From: Clostridia bacterium
Lineage (GTDB): Bacteria > Bacillota > Clostridia > Oscillospirales > CAG-272
Assembly (NCBI GenBank): GCA_017935225.1
Contig: JAGBIA010000043.1
Coordinates: 1 to 53,743 of the forward strand
Direction: 5' to 3'
Length of the DNA stretch: 53,743 bases
Numbering within the stretch: the stretch's first letter is position 1; each line of letters starts with the position of its first letter. The notes beneath the pieces were generated by a model. The model saw only the letters and a list, made by a program, of their open reading frames with translations, was not told where the DNA came from and made no database searches. The position numbers were made by a program, and so were the translations under genes. Of this stretch, positions 36,471-45,911 are shown piece by piece.

Positions 36471-37754
36471 TTACTTAACGGTAACTACCGCCTTTTCCTT
36501 AACGAGCTCCATAGCCTTCTGAACCTTCATATCAGCAGCAATAGCGTCGGAATCGATGCTTGCCTTAACCTGATCGATCTCAATGCCGTATGCGGACGCG
36601 ATCTTCTCGTACTCTGCGTTGATGTCCTCCTCGGTAGCTTCGAGGTTCTCAAGAGATGCAATCTTCTCAAGAGCGAGTCTTGCCTTTACCTGACGCTCAG
36701 CCTGAGGTCTCATCTGCTCACGGAGAGAATCGAGATTCATACCGGTATACTTGAAGTAGGTGTTGAGATCAAGTCCCTGAGAGCGAAGTCTTGTGTCGTA
36801 GTCACGAACGAAGTTCTCGGTCTCAGCAACGAACATAGGCTCAGGAATATCAGCCTCGAGCTTCTCAATAAGAGCCTCAACGAGCTTATCCTCAACTGCG
36901 TTCTCAGCAGAAGCCTCGTGTCTCTTCTCAATTTTTGCCTTAACGTCTGCCTTATATTCAGCAAAAGTATCAAATTCAGAAACATCCTTAGCGAAATCAT
37001 CATCAAGCTCGGGAAGCTCAACTTTGGTGATAGCGTGGATCTTTACCTTGAATACAGAAGGCTTACCTGCGAGATCAGCAGCGTGATACTCTTCGGGGAA
37101 AGTAACATTTACGTCGAACTCCTCGTCAATGCTCTTGCCAACGATCTGCTCCTCAAATCCGGGGATGAAAGAGCCGGAGCCGAGCTTAAGTGCATAGTCG
37201 GTGCCCTTGCCGCCCTCGAAAGCAACGCCGTCGCAGAAGCCCTCGAAATCGATAACGGTAGTGTCACCCATCTCGGCAGGTCTGTCGGTTACGTCGATCT
37301 CTCTGGAGTTTCTCTCGCGGATAGTCTCGATCTCGCGATCAACATCCTCGTCGGTTACTGCAACAACTTCCTTTTCGACCTCAATGCCGAGATAATCCTT
37401 GATCTCGACCTCGGGCTTTACGTATACCTTAGCAGAGAGAACAAGACCGTTCTCGTCGATAGATACAACGTCGAACTCAGGCTGACCTACAGCGTCGATA
37501 GCAGCCTCCTTGAGTGCTTCGGTGTAAGCGTCGGGGATAAGATCGTTGATAGCATCCTCATAGAAAACGCCTGTGCCGTACATCTTCTCGATGATAGAGC
37601 GGGAAGCCTTGCCCTTTCTGAAACCGGGGACTGCGATGTTCTTGACCTGCTTGCGATAAACTGCGTTTACTGCAGCGTCAAAGGTTGCCTTGTCAACAGA
37701 AAACTGCAATTCGTATCTGTTCTTTTCAATTACTTCAGATTTTGTTAAACTCAT
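36471..37754 (-). CDS. tig: Trigger factor
   Basis: PGFRKGK, FEGG, FIPGFEEQ, FPEEY; tig-clpP-clpX order. Confidence 0.96.
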   Translation of the reverse strand: MSLTKSEVIEKNRYELQFSVDKATFDAAVNAVYRKQVKNIAVPGFRKGKASRSIIEKMYGTGVFYEDAINDLIPDAYTEALKEAAIDAVGQPEFDVVSIDENGLVLSAKVYVKPEVEIKDYLGIEVEKEVVAVTDEDVDREIETIRERNSREIDVTDRPAEMGDTTVIDFEGFCDGVAFEGGKGTDYALKLGSGSFIPGFEEQIVGKSIDEEFDVNVTFPEEYHAADLAGKPSVFKVKIHAITKVELPELDDDFAKDVSEFDTFAEYKADVKAKIEKRHEASAENAVEDKLVEALIEKLEADIPEPMFVAETENFVRDYDTRLRSQGLDLNTYFKYTGMNLDSLREQMRPQAERQVKARLALEKIASLENLEATEEDINAEYEKIASAYGIEIDQVKASIDSDAIAADMKVQKAMELVKEKAVVTVK

Positions 37755-37805
37755 TATAGTTTAAACCTCCACAGAAATATAATAAAATTTTTACACACAT
37801 CTTAT

Positions 37806-37834
37806 ATTGTACTTTTTTTAGAGTGTTTTGTCAA
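37806..37834 (-). promoter_or_regulatory. SigA-type promoter for tig
   Basis: TTGACA-17 nt-TACAAT on the minus strand. Confidence 0.7.
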
Positions 37835-37848
37835 TAGTTTTCTTGAAA

Positions 37849-38571
37849 TTAAACGATAATTTGCGGCAAAAAGCCAAGAAAATCCGCAGAAATCATACGA
37901 AATTCAATATTTTCCCACTTAAAGACAGAGCCTTGAGAATAGCAACCGTGGATGTGACCGAAATAGCACCTTGAAACATTGTATTCCTTGAGGACTCGCA
38001 ATATTTCATCACATTCAAAATCACTCCATACAGGAGGGAAGTGGAAGAATGCTATTATCTCCTTGCCACTCGCCTCGGAAAGCTTTTTAGCCTCATCAAG
38101 AGAGAGCTTAAGGCGGATGACCTCGCGGTTGACTATTTTTGAATAATCCGCATTTACTGATTTTTGCGGCTGTACAGTCTTATCGACGAACCATCCTCGC
38201 GAGCCCGCGGCGATAAAGCCGTCAAGCTCTATTGCATTGTTATAAAGGAAATCTATGGTAGTAATTCCGTTCTCCGCGAAGAACTTTCGCATCTTCGAGA
38301 CGGTAGACCACCAAAAATCGTGATTGCCCTTCATTATCAGCTTGCGCCCCGGCAGTGCGTCGATCCATTTCATATCGGGGAGAGACTCCTCAGTCGTAAG
38401 CGCCCAGGAAATATCTCCGGGAATTATGACTGTATCGTTATCCTCAACGACGCGCGTCCAATTATTCTTGATCTTTTCAAGATAACCCTGCCATCTGTTG
38501 CCGAACACTTCCATCGACTTTTCATAAGTGACCGTGTCCAGATGCAGATCTGCAATAACGAAAACTGCCAT
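37849..38571 (-). CDS. Calcineurin-like metallophosphoesterase
   Basis: DLH, GD, GNHD, GHIH motifs. Confidence 0.88.
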   Translation of the reverse strand: MAVFVIADLHLDTVTYEKSMEVFGNRWQGYLEKIKNNWTRVVEDNDTVIIPGDISWALTTEESLPDMKWIDALPGRKLIMKGNHDFWWSTVSKMRKFFAENGITTIDFLYNNAIELDGFIAAGSRGWFVDKTVQPQKSVNADYSKIVNREVIRLKLSLDEAKKLSEASGKEIIAFFHFPPVWSDFECDEILRVLKEYNVSRCYFGHIHGCYSQGSVFKWENIEFRMISADFLGFLPQIIV

Positions 38572-38660
38572 AGTCTCTCCTTTCTAAGTTAGTGGTTTTT
38601 GAATAAAAGTCTCCAAAGGGTAAATAATATTATCATCACCCAATAAGGAGGAAATAAAAA

Positions 38661-38858
38661 ATGAATCAGAACGAAAAGTGCACATCTTCGAAGAAGTGCG
38701 GCTCGAAGGAGCATATCAAGGGAATTTGCTGTAACGTAAAGAATTGCGTACACCACGACTGCGACACCTACTGCACAGCAGAGCAGATCGCCGTAGGTCC
38801 CAGCAACGCGACATGCAGCTCCGAGACTGTCTGCGCTACCTTCAAGGAAAGAAAGTAA
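38661..38858 (+). CDS. DUF1540-like small Cys-rich protein
   Basis: CNVKNCVHH, CTAEQIAV, ETVCATF; RBS aaggagg. Confidence 0.8.
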   Translation: MNQNEKCTSSKKCGSKEHIKGICCNVKNCVHHDCDTYCTAEQIAVGPSNATCSSETVCATFKERK

Positions 38859-38885
38859 ATCATTCGGATATCATTCTCTTTGGAA

Positions 38886-38921
38886 AGGGTTGCTAACGAA
38901 TTCGTTGGCAACCCTGTTTTT
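38886..38921. terminator. Terminator between convergent genes
   Basis: agggttgctaacg-aatt-cgttggcaaccct followed by gttttt. Confidence 0.7.
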
Positions 38922-40398
38922 ACATAAACTTATAGACCTCGTCAAGCATCTTGTCAGCATCGACTACCGTAGAGAAGTTAACGGCTCTCTTATCGAGATC
39001 CTTAAGAGGATAGGATATCTCCATACCGCTCAAAGCTTCAAGCTGATCAAGCGCGCCCGTGCCGTCTGCCGCATCCTTACCCGTGATAGACTTATAAACG
39101 TCTGCCGCAAACTTGTAAGGGCTTGCTGTGGAAACGACCACCATCTTTGTGTCGTCCTTGCTGTCAGCAAGATACTTGTCAGCGCAAGCAAGAGCAACGG
39201 AAGTGTGAGTATCTGCAAGGTAGCCATTATCATTATAGCAAGCGCGAAGAGCCTTTGCAGTCTCGTCTTCATCAGCGCAGTAGCCGATGAAATTCTCCTT
39301 GATAGCCGCCTTTACGCTCTCACTGACCTCATAGCGACCGCTCTCGGAAAGTTTCTTCATACAATCGCGGGTCTCTTCTGTTCCTGCGGTGAAGTAGAGA
39401 AGTCTTTCAAGGTTGCTCGAGATAAGAATATCCATCGAAGGAGACATCGTGAGGTGGAACTTGCGGTTTCTATCGTAAACGCCGGTAGAGATAAAGTCGG
39501 TAAGTACGTTGTTGGAGTTGGAAGCGCAGACCATCTTGTCTATCGGAAGTCCCATCAGCTTCGCAAGGTAAGCGGCAAAGATATTGCCGAAGTTACCCGT
39601 GGGAACGCAAACGTTGATCTTATCTCCAAGCGCGATCTCGCCTGTTTTGAGCAGTTCGCAGTACGCGTGGAAATAATAAACGATCTGAGGAGCAAGTCTG
39701 CCCCAGTTGATAGAGTTCGCACTCGAGAGCACGTAGCCGTTCTCAAGGAGCTTTTCCTTAGCAACGGAATCAGAGAATATCTTCTTGACACCCGTCTGTG
39801 CATCGTCAAAGTTGCCCTTGATAGCGCAAACGTTTACGTTGTTACCCATCTGTGTGACCATCTGGAGCTTCTGCACCTTGCTGACACCGTCAACGGGGTA
39901 GAAGACCATAATCTTTACCTTGTCAACGTCCTTATGGCCTTCAAGTGCCGCCTTACCGGTGTCACCCGAGGTGGCAACGAGAATGAGTGCCGTGTTCTGC
40001 TCACCGGTCTTAACGAGAGCTCGTGAGAGAAGTCTGGGCATTATCTGCAGCGCCATATCCTTGAATGCGGCGGTAGGACCTCTCCAAAGCTCGAGAGAAT
40101 ATGTACCGTCTTTTATCTTTTTGAGCGGAGCCGCACCGTCGGGGAAAGAGCTCTCGCAATATGCCGCAGAAGCGTCCTCGAGCAACTCGTCGTAGGTATA
40201 GTCTGAAAGGAATTTCGAGAGTATAGTAGCCGCCTTTTCGGGATAGGATCTATCTGCGAGCTCTGCTATCTCTTCAAGCGTTACGCTCGGTATAGAATCC
40301 GGAACGAAAAGCCCGCCGTCATCTGCAAGCCCTTGCTTTATGACCTGAGATGCGGAATAGAGCTTTTTTTCGGAATCTCTCGTGCTGAAAAACATCAT
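38920..40398 (-). CDS. thrC: Threonine synthase
   Basis: GLADDGGLFVP, GPTAAFKD (PLP Lys), ATSGDTG, NSINWGR, PTGNFGN, STASPYKF. Confidence 0.95.
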   Translation of the reverse strand: MMFFSTRDSEKKLYSASQVIKQGLADDGGLFVPDSIPSVTLEEIAELADRSYPEKAATILSKFLSDYTYDELLEDASAAYCESSFPDGAAPLKKIKDGTYSLELWRGPTAAFKDMALQIMPRLLSRALVKTGEQNTALILVATSGDTGKAALEGHKDVDKVKIMVFYPVDGVSKVQKLQMVTQMGNNVNVCAIKGNFDDAQTGVKKIFSDSVAKEKLLENGYVLSSANSINWGRLAPQIVYYFHAYCELLKTGEIALGDKINVCVPTGNFGNIFAAYLAKLMGLPIDKMVCASNSNNVLTDFISTGVYDRNRKFHLTMSPSMDILISSNLERLLYFTAGTEETRDCMKKLSESGRYEVSESVKAAIKENFIGYCADEDETAKALRACYNDNGYLADTHTSVALACADKYLADSKDDTKMVVVSTASPYKFAADVYKSITGKDAADGTGALDQLEALSGMEISYPLKDLDKRAVNFSTVVDADKMLDEVYKFM

Positions 40399-40427
40399 AT
40401 GTGGTACCTCTTTTTTACTGATTGTAT

Positions 40428-40817
40428 TTATACGCCAAAGGCGTTTTCGATGTGGTTTGTTTTGAGTATGGTATGATCTTCTTTGTCAAGATATATCTCG
40501 ATCACGTCAAATCTCGGCTGATAATCGAAATACTTGGGATTTGAATGCATATACCCTCTGGCAGCAATGACCGTACGTTGCTGTTTTTCTTTGGTAACAG
40601 CAGATGCGGGAGTACCGAAAGGCGAATACAGATCCTTGTCGACTGTTCTTGCCTTGACCTCGACGAAAATGATCAGTTTCTGCTTTTTGGATATCGCGAT
40701 AATATCTATTTCGTTGTGTGAAATATGTATGTTACGCTCTATGATCTTGAGCTTACTCTTTTTGAGAAAACGCGTTGCCGCATCCTCGCCGATCCTGCCG
40801 ATATCAACCGTTTTCAT
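40428..40817 (-). CDS. yraN: YraN (UPF0102) family nuclease-like protein
   Basis: GRIGED, EIDIIA, FVEVKAR, RFDVI, HIENAF; start codon uncertain (40817 or 40823). Confidence 0.88.
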   Translation of the reverse strand: MKTVDIGRIGEDAATRFLKKSKLKIIERNIHISHNEIDIIAISKKQKLIIFVEVKARTVDKDLYSPFGTPASAVTKEKQQRTVIAARGYMHSNPKYFDYQPRFDVIEIYLDKEDHTILKTNHIENAFGV

Positions 40818-41424
40818 TTTCATCTTTGTCAAGAAATCTTATGAATTTGGTTCGGTAGATCGAGGGCTCTGCGCCGTATTTGCGGAGCGCCGCCATATGA
40901 TCCTTCGTGCCGTAGCCTTTATGCTTTGCAATTCCGTACATAGGAAACTGCTTGTCCATATCGATACAGAGACGATCACGCGTAACCTTGGCAAGTATAG
41001 ATGCCGCGGCGATCGAGGGGGATTTCGCATCTCCACCAATGACCGGTTTTGCATCTATCGGAAAATTTCGTGCAATATTTCCGTCGACAAGTGCGAAGTT
41101 TGCACTTACTTTGAGATTACTTACGGCGCGACGCATCGCGTTCATAGTAGCCTCGAGAATGTTGGTCGAGTTTATCTCCTCGACAGAGCCTTCTTCGATC
41201 GCATACGCAAGCGCAGATTCGATGATCTGATCGTAAAGCGCGTCACGCTTCTTGGCAGTAAGCTTCTTTGAGTCGTTGAGTCCTTCAATATAAAGACCTC
41301 TGGGCAATATTACCGCAGCCGCGACCACAGGACCGCAGAGCGGGCCTCTGCCTGCCTCATCAACGCCGCATACGAATTCGTACCCCGCGTCCCAAAGCTC
41401 CTTTTCAAGCGTATATTCAAGCAT
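40804..41424 (-). CDS. rnhB: Ribonuclease HII
   Basis: GVDEAGRG, DSKKL, LVDGN, IAAASILAKV, HKGYGT. Confidence 0.96.
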   Translation of the reverse strand: MLEYTLEKELWDAGYEFVCGVDEAGRGPLCGPVVAAAVILPRGLYIEGLNDSKKLTAKKRDALYDQIIESALAYAIEEGSVEEINSTNILEATMNAMRRAVSNLKVSANFALVDGNIARNFPIDAKPVIGGDAKSPSIAAASILAKVTRDRLCIDMDKQFPMYGIAKHKGYGTKDHMAALRKYGAEPSIYRTKFIRFLDKDENENG

Positions 41425-41427
41425 AGC

Positions 41428-42303
41428 TTACACCTCAAATTTTGGAATATCAAGCGATATTCTTCCTATTTTTCCTGCTCTGAACTCGTCAAGCAACATA
41501 TTTGCCGCGCGCTCGGTATCGATCTCACCGCCTGAGATGCAAAAGCCGCGCTTCTTGCCGATAAGCGTGAGAAGATCGTAATTATCAGCCTCATTGGGCG
41601 AGGGAAGTACAGTTATTTTGTATCTTGCGCAAAGCTCTGCGGGATATTGTTCCCGAAGTCTGCCGCAAAGCGCCATAGCGATAGACTCGACATCGAGAAT
41701 ATCATCCTTAATAGCACCCGTGATAGCAAGGTTTTCACCAACGGTCGCATCCTCGAACTTAGGCCAGAGAACGCCGGGCATATCGAGAAGCATAATTCCG
41801 ATATCCGTGCCGACCCACTGCTTGTTAAGCGTTACACCGGGGCGGTTCTCGACCTTTGCTTTTTTGTTACCTGATATTTTATTGATAAGCGAGGATTTTC
41901 CTACGTTGGGAATTCCGACCACCATAGCTTTGAGCGAGCGTCCTATCATACCTTTTTCTTCGTATCTTGCCAGCTTCTCGCCACAAAGCTCGCGGATCGC
42001 AGGTGCGATCTTAGAAAGTCCGTGACCGCTGATACAGTCGGTTTCGATACAAACAGTATTTTCATTTGAAAAATGAGCCGCAAAGGCGCGAGTCACTGCG
42101 GGATCGGCAAGCGATGCCTTGTTAAGAAGAATTATGGAAGGTTTATTAGCACAAAGCTTGCGTATCTCGGGGTTTTGCGAGCTATAGGGAATTCTTGCAT
42201 CCAAAAGCTCGATTACCGCGTCAACGTTTTTGAGATTTTCGGAGATCAGACGGCGAGTTTTCGCCATATGTCCCGGAAACCATTGAATAGTCTGTGATGG
42301 CAT
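41428..42303 (-). CDS. rbgA: Ribosome biogenesis GTPase RbgA/YlqF
   Basis: IQWFPGHMAK, DARIP, GIPNVGKSS, PGVT, LDMPG. Confidence 0.95.
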   Translation of the reverse strand: MPSQTIQWFPGHMAKTRRLISENLKNVDAVIELLDARIPYSSQNPEIRKLCANKPSIILLNKASLADPAVTRAFAAHFSNENTVCIETDCISGHGLSKIAPAIRELCGEKLARYEEKGMIGRSLKAMVVGIPNVGKSSLINKISGNKKAKVENRPGVTLNKQWVGTDIGIMLLDMPGVLWPKFEDATVGENLAITGAIKDDILDVESIAMALCGRLREQYPAELCARYKITVLPSPNEADNYDLLTLIGKKRGFCISGGEIDTERAANMLLDEFRAGKIGRISLDIPKFEV

Positions 42304-42322
42304 TATTTACCTCTCTTTAATG

Positions 42323-42943
42323 TCAATCTGGCTTGCCTACGTTTGAGCCAAACTGAAATACGACCTTGCCGAGTATTCTTCTTGTATCGACGAGTCCGAT
42401 CTTACTTGAGCGGCTGTCGCCCGAATGGCTTCTGTTGTCACCCATAACGAATACCGTTCCTTCTTCAACATAGGTCTCGGAATTATGATACGAGGGGTAA
42501 TCGTAACGGATGTAGTCTTCCTCAAGCACGGTAACGTTGCCGTCGGAATCTGTGATAGTTACGCGCATATTATCAGAAAAATGCTCGATCTTGACGGTGT
42601 CTCCTGCAACGCCTATAACTCGCTTGACTATAGGCTCGTTGTAGTCGTTTTCTTCAGTGCCTGTCTGATGAAATACTACAATATCTCCGCGCTTGGGAGT
42701 ATAAAACAGATCGCTCACGATCAACGGATCCTCGTGTATAAGCGTATCCTTCATAGAATCTCCGTTTACATTACATACACGAACCAAGAAAAAGGTAGCG
42801 AGAATTATGAGTGAAAAGGCAATAATAAATATGTCAAGCTGTTCAAGAATTCCCTTAACTATCGGGTTTTGGGACTTTTCTGCTTTTTCAGTAATATCGC
42901 AATCGCGATCTTTCAATTCGTCTTTAGTATCAAATTCCGACAT
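42323..42943 (-). CDS. lepB: Signal peptidase I
   Basis: GDSM (catalytic Ser), VKRVIG (Lys), MGDNRSHSGDSR. Confidence 0.93.
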   Translation of the reverse strand: MSEFDTKDELKDRDCDITEKAEKSQNPIVKGILEQLDIFIIAFSLIILATFFLVRVCNVNGDSMKDTLIHEDPLIVSDLFYTPKRGDIVVFHQTGTEENDYNEPIVKRVIGVAGDTVKIEHFSDNMRVTITDSDGNVTVLEEDYIRYDYPSYHNSETYVEEGTVFVMGDNRSHSGDSRSSKIGLVDTRRILGKVVFQFGSNVGKPD

Positions 42944-42978
42944 AGCTTTTCCTTTCTGAAATTTTTGAGGATTGTTAA

Positions 42979-44190
42979 TTACTTTACAAGTCTATCCATA
43001 AGCGTGTAGCCGTCGCGAACGTAAAGTCCGGTCGCCGCCGCGCTCTCCTCGTCAAAGCTCTTAACTCCGCAAAGCTCATCCGCGGAAGAGTAGATGAAGA
43101 ACGGAACGGGATCGATCGTATGTGTTCTCAGGCGTACGGGAGTAGGATGGTCGGGAAGCACCATTATCTTGAAATCCTCCCCCGTGCTCTTGAGATATTC
43201 ATAAACGGGAGTAAGTATCTTAGCGTCAATAAGCTCGATGGAAAGTACCTTATTATCGGTCTCTGCTCTGTGACCGCACTCATCCGGACCTTCAACATGA
43301 ACGTAAACGTATTCAGCACCGTCCTTGAATGCCTTTATTGCCGCCTGAGCTTTGCCGTCGTAGTTAGTGTGAACGTTACCGGTCGCGCCCTCGACGTCGA
43401 CAGACTTCATCTCGGCGCATATACCGATACCCTTGATAAGATCTACCGCGGAGATGACAGTCGCATCAAGTCCCCATTTGTCCTTAAAAGAAGGAAGCTG
43501 AGGCTTCTTTCCGGGGCTCCAGAGCCAGATCGAGTTACCGGGCTTGAGTCCGCGCGCTTTACGTGCAACATTGATCGGATGATCCTTGAGAATATCATAA
43601 CTTGCCTTCATTATTTCAAGGAATTCCTCGCCGCCGTCTTCGATTCGGGGGAGATACTCACCGATGCGCTTACCGATAATGTCGTGAGGACGGGTAAAGT
43701 CGTATCTGTCCTTGTCGGTCTTCCACATCAGACAATGGCGATAGCTAAGACCCGTATACAGATGTCTTTGATCGTTTCCAAGCTCACGGTTGATAGCCTT
43801 GACGAGCTCGTCAGCCTCGGCTGTGGTTATCTCATCAGCCGAATTGTCGGTTATTATGCGATCCTCGTAGTTATCCTGCTCTTCAGTGAGGGTAACGAAA
43901 TTACATCTGATAGCAGTATCGTCATCCTGCATTGTAAGTCCCATACTAAGAGCCTCAAGAGGAGATCTGCCCTTGGAGAACACCTTGGGATCGAAGGAAA
44001 GAATTGCCATATTTGCGGTATCGCTCTCGGGGACCATTCCGTCGGGCACGTTGGAAACAGTTCCTACAAGGGCCTTGCTTGCAAGTGTATCCATACAAGG
44101 CTTGTGCGCCTTCTGCATTGGCGACATACCGCCAAGAGACTCGACCTTTTCGTCTGCCATACCGTCGGGAATGAGAACTAAGTATTTCAT
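42979..44190 (-). CDS. apgM: Cofactor-independent phosphoglycerate mutase (ApgM-type; related to the ThrB-alternative family)
   Basis: DGMAD, PESDTAN, AVDLIKGIG, DECGH, PDHPTP; upstream of thrC on the same strand. Confidence 0.8.
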   Translation of the reverse strand: MKYLVLIPDGMADEKVESLGGMSPMQKAHKPCMDTLASKALVGTVSNVPDGMVPESDTANMAILSFDPKVFSKGRSPLEALSMGLTMQDDDTAIRCNFVTLTEEQDNYEDRIITDNSADEITTAEADELVKAINRELGNDQRHLYTGLSYRHCLMWKTDKDRYDFTRPHDIIGKRIGEYLPRIEDGGEEFLEIMKASYDILKDHPINVARKARGLKPGNSIWLWSPGKKPQLPSFKDKWGLDATVISAVDLIKGIGICAEMKSVDVEGATGNVHTNYDGKAQAAIKAFKDGAEYVYVHVEGPDECGHRAETDNKVLSIELIDAKILTPVYEYLKSTGEDFKIMVLPDHPTPVRLRTHTIDPVPFFIYSSADELCGVKSFDEESAAATGLYVRDGYTLMDRLVK

Positions 44191-44457
44191 AAATTTTAAC
44201 CTCGGAAAAAATAGAATTTGCTATATGATGATCATAAAAAAGTAACACTTATGAAGATATGATAATCACATTTTATTATACCATAACAGTGAGAATTTTT
44301 CAATGTTTTTTTGCAATTATTATGCCAAAATAATAGATTTTTTAACAAATTCAATTATATAAAAGTAACAAAACAAAAGTTTTATCAAAACTGTTGAAAA
44401 ATGCGCTTGTTTATGATAGAATATTGTAGGTATAAATCTGTGAAAGGTCGGATACAA

Positions 44458-45102
44458 ATGTCTCAAAGCAACAAAAATGTCAAAAAGACTCTGATTATAG
44501 TTCTGTCGGTCCTCGCAGCAGTGCTTCTTGTTATGTATCTGCTCACGCTTGCGCTCCCCAGTCTTTTCAATGCAATAAGCGGCGAGAACACAGAAGAGGG
44601 AACTGCTGATTTTAATTTTTACGAACCTGATTTCAATGAAAATATATATGAGGACGATAGATATCTCGAGCTTATCGCAGACGGTGTACTGAGGTACGAT
44701 AACGGATCAAACTCGATAGTTACTATCACGCCTGATAACGTAGCATCCTTTGGCGATCCCATAAAGCTTTTGTACAATCTCGTCTATGCCGCTATCGAAG
44801 GAGATAACGAGCGCTACAATTCATTCTTCAGCTCGGAGTATCTTAAAGCCCACGGAGCCAAAGGCGAATTTACGATGCAGAAGATCTACGGCGGAACGAT
44901 AACCGCATATTCTACTGAGGGCGTCCAGGGAAATAATGGTAATTATACAAAATATATTTACATGCTGAACTACCGTATACTTTACAATAACGGAACCTTC
45001 AGAGCTGATATCGGAGAGGACTCCAAGACGCAGTACATAGTCATAACAGACCGAGAAGGAAAGCTTCTGATCGACGCGATATCTACATCAAGATACAAAT
45101 AA
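44458..45102 (+). CDS. Hypothetical membrane-anchored protein
   Basis: N-terminal TM helix then soluble domain; start ATG 44458 behind gaaagg. Confidence 0.7.
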   Translation: MSQSNKNVKKTLIIVLSVLAAVLLVMYLLTLALPSLFNAISGENTEEGTADFNFYEPDFNENIYEDDRYLELIADGVLRYDNGSNSIVTITPDNVASFGDPIKLLYNLVYAAIEGDNERYNSFFSSEYLKAHGAKGEFTMQKIYGGTITAYSTEGVQGNNGNYTKYIYMLNYRILYNNGTFRADIGEDSKTQYIVITDREGKLLIDAISTSRYK

Positions 45103-45105
45103 AAA

Positions 45106-45130
45106 TACACCGCGGTAATGCCGCGGTGTA
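45106..45130. terminator. Hairpin between convergent genes
   Basis: tacaccgcggt-aat-gccgcggtgta. Confidence 0.65.
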
Positions 45131-45134
45131 AAGA

Positions 45135-45569
45135 TTATTTAATACTGTCAACAACCGAGTGAGCCCATCCGAGAAGATCAGCTTTTTCGTCATCGTTAAG
45201 CTTTCCGCCAAGGAAAGGCAGTCCGCCGAACTTAACGGTCTTTACGTTCTCGATAACGTTCGTGCCGGTCTCCTTAAGTACTGCCAAGGTGGTCTCAACG
45301 AGCTTGTCGTTACCATCTATAAGAAGTGCTACGTTCTGAGCCTTTTTCCTATCAAGCTCGCGGCAGAATCTTCTTACCATATCATCGAGATCGTTGCTAC
45401 CGGAGATAGCGAGAATAACGAGACGCTCGTTCTCACAGGAATATGCAGGAGGGATGATGTCGATCGCATTGTAATTCTGGGACAGCTCGAACTCAGCCTT
45501 GATAGCTTCTGCAAGAGCTTTCATTTTTGCTTTTTTCGAATAATAGAGAAATCTCATTTTAAGAGCCAT
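45135..45569 (-). CDS. Flavodoxin-fold protein
   Basis: LYYSKKAKMKALAEAI resembles the flavodoxin N-terminus; 144 aa alpha/beta; RBS ggagg; TTGCAC-17-TATAAT promoter at 45602-45630. Confidence 0.55.
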   Translation of the reverse strand: MALKMRFLYYSKKAKMKALAEAIKAEFELSQNYNAIDIIPPAYSCENERLVILAISGSNDLDDMVRRFCRELDRKKAQNVALLIDGNDKLVETTLAVLKETGTNVIENVKTVKFGGLPFLGGKLNDDEKADLLGWAHSVVDSIK

Positions 45570-45727
45570 GGTTTTTATCCTCCAATTTTTTTGTTAGTTA
45601 TATTATAACAAAAATATTTCATTTGTGCAAGAGTTTTTTGTAAATTTCTTATGCTAATATAGTCATATGTGTAAATATAGGCTCAAATAGTTCAAAACCC
45701 GCAAAAACGTGCCTTTTCCTACTCCCC

Positions 45728-45759
45728 AAATTATACAAAATTTGCATTTTGTATAATTT
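45728..45759. repeat. AT-rich inverted repeat with 14-bp arms
   Basis: aaattatacaaaat-ttgc-attttgtataattt. Confidence 0.75.
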
Positions 45760-45911
45760 TATATGTATTTAAAGATCCCCCGCTGAATTTTGCCAAATGG
45801 CTCTTTCTTGCTTTTTTCTGCGTTTTTCACGTTTTGTTCTTTTATAGCTAATCACGATCCGTGCTCTGTTTCAATCTCTAAAATAAAATCGCATTTAGGA
45901 AAATTATTTTT

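Noticed and set aside
45695-45725. cccgcaaaaacgtgccttttcct as a streptococcal-type dif
   Set aside because: Only the A and T runs resemble it; too weak to call.
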